Assembly (NCBI RefSeq): GCF_040869285.1
Contig: NC_090432.1
DNA: 64,000 nt
Direction: 5' to 3' (one strand)
Origin: Myxine glutinosa
Lineage: Eukaryota
Below, in pieces: positions 60,137 to 64,000 of the stretch (the stretch's first letter is position 1; every line of letters begins with the position of its first letter). The position numbers and the translations under genes are program-made. The notes beneath the pieces were generated by a model that made no database searches, had not been told where the DNA came from, and was given only the letters and a program-made list of their open reading frames with translations.

Positions 60137-60749
60137 CTCTTTAGCAGAGAGACGGATCATTTTCCTGAAAGAGAAACGGCTTGTGTCGTTCCGTGAGAAA
60201 ATTGGTGGAGCTGTCCTGAGCTGCAGTTTCGCGATGTATCAATGGGAAATTGCATTCCGAGTATGGAACAAAAGGCTTGCGAACGATTCTCAGGGACGTA
60301 ACTCGTTGGTATACATTTGTTTTATTCTGAAAATAACAGAAAACACACTCGCTCTCAACTTCCAGGGTTTTCCATGACCATCAGTAAAATTCCATGACTT
60401 TCCAGGCCTGAAAATGCATTTTGGTAAATTCCAGGACATTTCAGGATCTCCATGACCCGTACAAACCCTGCCAGTTTATATTGGGGATGCATTCTTCAAA
60501 AGTGTGACGAATATCAATTCGACGTAAATCAAAACAATTTTTCTCAAGAATTAATGTAATAAGTAAAGGGTGAGTTCCTCACATCACCATTTAATGTATT
60601 ATATTTCGCTTTTTACCGAAGATATTACGCATTTTTTGTTACCCTAAAATATTAGCCACATAAATGTTGCCATGATGACTTCATTATTTCATCCAATAAA
60701 TAATTCAATCATTGAAACATAAATGGCTACCAAAATTATATATTTTTAC

Positions 60750-60896
60750 CTGTTGTTTTTGGAGTGCCTTCATTTTCAACTTCTTTGCTTTGCTCGGTTT
60801 TCGATTGTACTTGCCCAACTGGTATTCATCAAACTGAACAAATTTGAGTGTGAGAGCTCGACGAAGGCAAGCGGGTAAATTTTTCTCAAACAGGAT
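60750..60896 (-). CDS. Upstream gene B exon (B1): ILFEKNLPACLRRALTLKFVQFDEYQLGKYNRKPSKAKKLKMKALQKQQ
   Basis: Acceptor cctgaattgtgcag|ATC and donor AACAACAG|gtaaaaa; phase 0/0. Further exons probably lie between B1 and B2. Confidence 0.5.
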
Positions 60897-61886
60897 CTGC
60901 ACAATTCAGGGATAGTGTGTCAACATTTTCAAATTCATTTAAAAAAGCAAATTATACACCCACTCTCATAGCATTATGGTTTTATCAGGCGCAAAACGAG
61001 CGGGCCAGTCCCACCTGGTACACTTGTGGCACCCCGGTCCAATCAGTGGGCAGCAACATTGCTACAGGTCCATAGCGGGCCATGTATGGGCGGCAGGATG
61101 GGAGGTGAGCAGCCAGAGCCAGAAGCAAGCATGTTGGTTGGCGCAGACCTAGCTCTCGTCTGGCCCAGATTGCAAGCTACAAAAACGACACATTAACCCA
61201 TCATGTGCTTTCATTGGGCATTTCAATAAGATTAATTAGTATAGATTATACTGAATTAACAAAAAACATTTTTGATCAGAATTTGATTATAGTACAAGAC
61301 AAGAGATATGCAGTGGTGTCGTGCCAAATTTTGAGGTACCGCAGCCCTGCAAAAATGTAGACCGTGACGTCATTGCCAGGTCCACCATCACATCAAGTTA
61401 ACATGACACTAAGCAAATGAGTCCACAAAATGAGTGATAACTGAAATACACACATTTACCATGATGAACAAAACCTTAACAGTCACACCCACTTAATCGC
61501 ACAATTCAGAATCTCCTTTTAAGAAAAGGTCAGATCAGTTGGTCTCTAACAACTGTTTTTCGACAAAACTATGTATTTTAAGAAAGAGAAGTTCTTTTCC
61601 TTTGGTACCACGTGGTAAGAGTAGGTAGGATGGCCAAGACCTAGAGGTATGCACACTTGCCCCTAAGCTATCTGGCCTGGGTTTGAATCCCAACCCTGTC
61701 ATCCTGGTGTGTCACAAAGCAGGGCGATTCAATGCGTGTGCCATCCCGGTTGGACGTTAAACTTGGCGCACCATCTGCTGACAAAAATTAAGCCTCCCCC
61801 TGTAGAATAGTTAAGCCATAGAATAACGCTGCTGTTGTTGGGTTTGTTTCTATAATTAGCATCCCCAATTTTTTATGGTACTGCAG

Positions 61887-63033
61887 AGTTCTTATAGTTA
61901 GGCAGTTAAGAGGAAGCATCGTTCATTTTTTCAGGAAAGCACCAAATTTGGCACAGATGTAGTATGGACCTATACAATTGTTTTCCTGAGGCGCACCCAA
62001 AAATTCAGAAAATTCAAAAAATCCAAAAAAATGTCCTGGATGCCATGAAAAAGGGGAGAAAACGGGAATTGATTCGAACTGTAGATTCTGATATTGTGGT
62101 CTTGGCAATAGCACACTACTTTACCTACCAGTCACACGGTGTGGAGGAACTCTGGATTGCCATTGGCACTGGTAAAAGCTACCGCTACCTTGCCATCCAT
62201 AAAATTGCCCCCGGCCTTGGCCGCAGGAAGTCCGAGTCCAGAAAGATATGTTGCCATCCTCTATGACCGGACTACCGAGATAAAGACAGTGAATGACATG
62301 TGCCGACATTTGTTCACGAAGAAGGCAAGAACAATTGATCACATTCCCCCAACGGCAGACGCCTTCGAACAACACCTAAAACGTGCATGTTTTCAGGCTG
62401 GACACGTATGGAGTCAGGCACTTGTGCCCTACCTAGAACTTCCATCACCAGCTGATTGGGGCTGGATGAAAACAGGGACTTCTTGGACACCAATTTGGAC
62501 CACAATACCACTGATACAGGAGGCATGTTCAGAGCTTACAAGCTGCCATTGTAAGTCGGCCTGTAAAGGCAACTGTAAATGCTCCAGGGCAAATCTGCCC
62601 TGCACATCACTGTGTGACTGCGATGGACAGTGCTTGTAGTACTACGCGTCTGTGCGAGAGCCTCCACCTTTCAAGTGCCCACAATATTTTAAGTTAAAAC
62701 TGCAACTGTGTGTAACTTTGATTAATTAATACCATTCCATTGTTATCAGAGACCAATAAAACAATGTGTATCACTTGGAATTGAAATTTTACCTAAAATA
62801 CTATGAGAGATTCAAGGAAAATGGAAACACCATGGCGGCCATCTTGAAATTAAAGATGATGGATGCCAATCTTTATGCAATTGATCCCATTGGATTCAGA
62901 GACCATGAAAACATGGGGTAAGACACTGGAACTGTGGTGTTATCGCTCATAGTATTGTATAGGTCCATACTACATCTGTGCCAAATTTGGTGCTTTCCTG
63001 AAAAAATGAACGATAAGCCCTATTTTTCGGTCT
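61887..63033 (+). mobile_element. Candidate DNA-transposon-like element with ~95-bp inverted repeats flanking a ~960-bp core that carries ORF-X copy 2
   Basis: IR TAGGCAGTTAAG...CGTTCATTTTTTCAGGAAAGCACCAAATTTGGCACAGATGTAGTATGGACCTATACAAT at 61887-61977 and its reverse complement at 62942-63033. The core contains CACCATGGCGGCCATCTTG. Confidence 0.5.
61964..62639 (+). pseudogene. ORF-X copy 2, two overlapping frames (61964..62266 and 62139..62639) with an internal deletion or frameshift; C-terminal CXC-like motif CHCKSACKGNCKCSRANLPCTSLCDCDGQC
   Basis: The N-terminal frame reads ...KGRKRELIRTVDSDIVVLAIAHYF...LWIAIGTGKSYRYLAIHKIAPGLG. The C-terminal frame is homologous to 19868..20446. Confidence 0.45.
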
Positions 63034-63789
63034 TAACTGCCTAAGTATTCGACCCCCAAGGAATACGAAACCACCATTTAGGTTTTTCTCCCTTTTTTCT
63101 GCCAATGCACAAGACTTTTGGAATGAAATTTGCTATCAATAATGGAAATATAAAGTATGCATGGTTGACAATTTTTTTTGACCTTGACCTAATTTTAAGG
63201 TCATGACAATTATCCACATTTTACCATTTTCACCATAATTCAACAAAGGTTTGACAAAATTGCCCTCTAGATAGTCTAGAGCAAGACATTTACATCATAC
63301 CCTTCCGAGTTAAAGGTCAAGGTCAAATGGCGGTCTGAAAAAAATGGTTTTGGTGATCACTCACTTTTGCCAATGCAGAGTATCAAAGACCGCTTGGCCT
63401 TCAAAGAAGGTGCTTGCATCACAATGTACCTGCACTGAAGTTATGCACCTGATATTTGATTAGTGTCCTCGACCGACTTTTTTCAGATTGTGACCTAATT
63501 AACAAAAACATCTTTTTCATCATAACTCCAATCATTTTCATCTGATTTTCATGATGTCAAATTTTATGGAAACATTGTAGATGGGTGAACGTTGTTTTTG
63601 TACCTGTGTACAGAATCGTCGGTCTTTCTCATCGTGTATTCTGAGGCCTAAGTGTAGTACTAGGCTACTGTGTCCAACCTTGGCTTTAGGCTTTGTTTTT
63701 GTCTCAGCGGTTCTCCGATCACGCTGAAATTTTTCTCCGGTCTCTGTTTTCACGGACTTTTCATCCCATACTTCCTTGTTTTAAAATCT

Positions 63790-63822
<33 letters not shown>

Positions 63823-64000
63823 CAAAAATATTTCCTTCCGTTTTTATTCGTTTATTCGTTCTTAGTTGTTCGTTCGTTCATTCTTCGACCACGCTGTTTG
63901 TGATCACGTTGTTAAAAAATGTCTCATCTGAACCCTGAAGACCTATATTCTGTCATATTCTATAACACCTTTTTCTTCTTCTTCTATAAAAGGATGCTTT

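Overview
Eukaryotic (metazoan) nuclear DNA that is very repeat-dense and AT-biased, with no prokaryotic features (no operons, no CRISPR, no rRNA or tRNA genes). Two multi-exon genes lie on the minus strand. (1) Most of an NWD1-like NACHT/WD40 STAND NTPase gene, with about 20 exons from 39455 down to 5782, continuing past the window start. Its N-terminal exons encode DUF4062 with EVDLRWG, then a Walker-A exon, NACHT exons and WD40 exons. All splice phases are consistent across exons, including one probable GC-AG intron. (2) The 3' part of an unidentified upstream gene, with 7 phase-consistent exons between 60896 and 48990. The introns and flanks are filled with transposable elements. At least 10 Tc1/mariner copies from at least 5 families, all of fish/amphibian type, are present. 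These include one copy with an uninterrupted 331-aa DD34E transposase ORF and good TIRs. CR1-like LINE fragments are present, with a shared 3' tail ending GAGCCTCGATCTTGTATAC(A)n. A tRNA-headed SINE family shows clear 15-bp TSDs. A second SINE family has a (GACA)n-GGTGAAAACA tail. Several mini- and microsatellites are present, including a 55-copy 30-bp array and (CA)80. Unusual structures include a Tc1 with ~510-bp terminal inverted duplications that contain the start of the transposase ORF. Two truncated Tc1 copies end in snap-back hairpins. A ~1-kb perfect palindrome is built from two inverted Tc1 3' ends, nested inside a larger inverted-repeat complex. A two-copy ORF family with a C-terminal CXC-like cysteine motif has one copy flanked by ~95-bp inverted repeats. 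The Tc1 families (DTSsa/SB-like, Passport/TXr-like) suggest a teleost or other aquatic vertebrate. That assignment is an inference, and horizontal transfer cannot be excluded.
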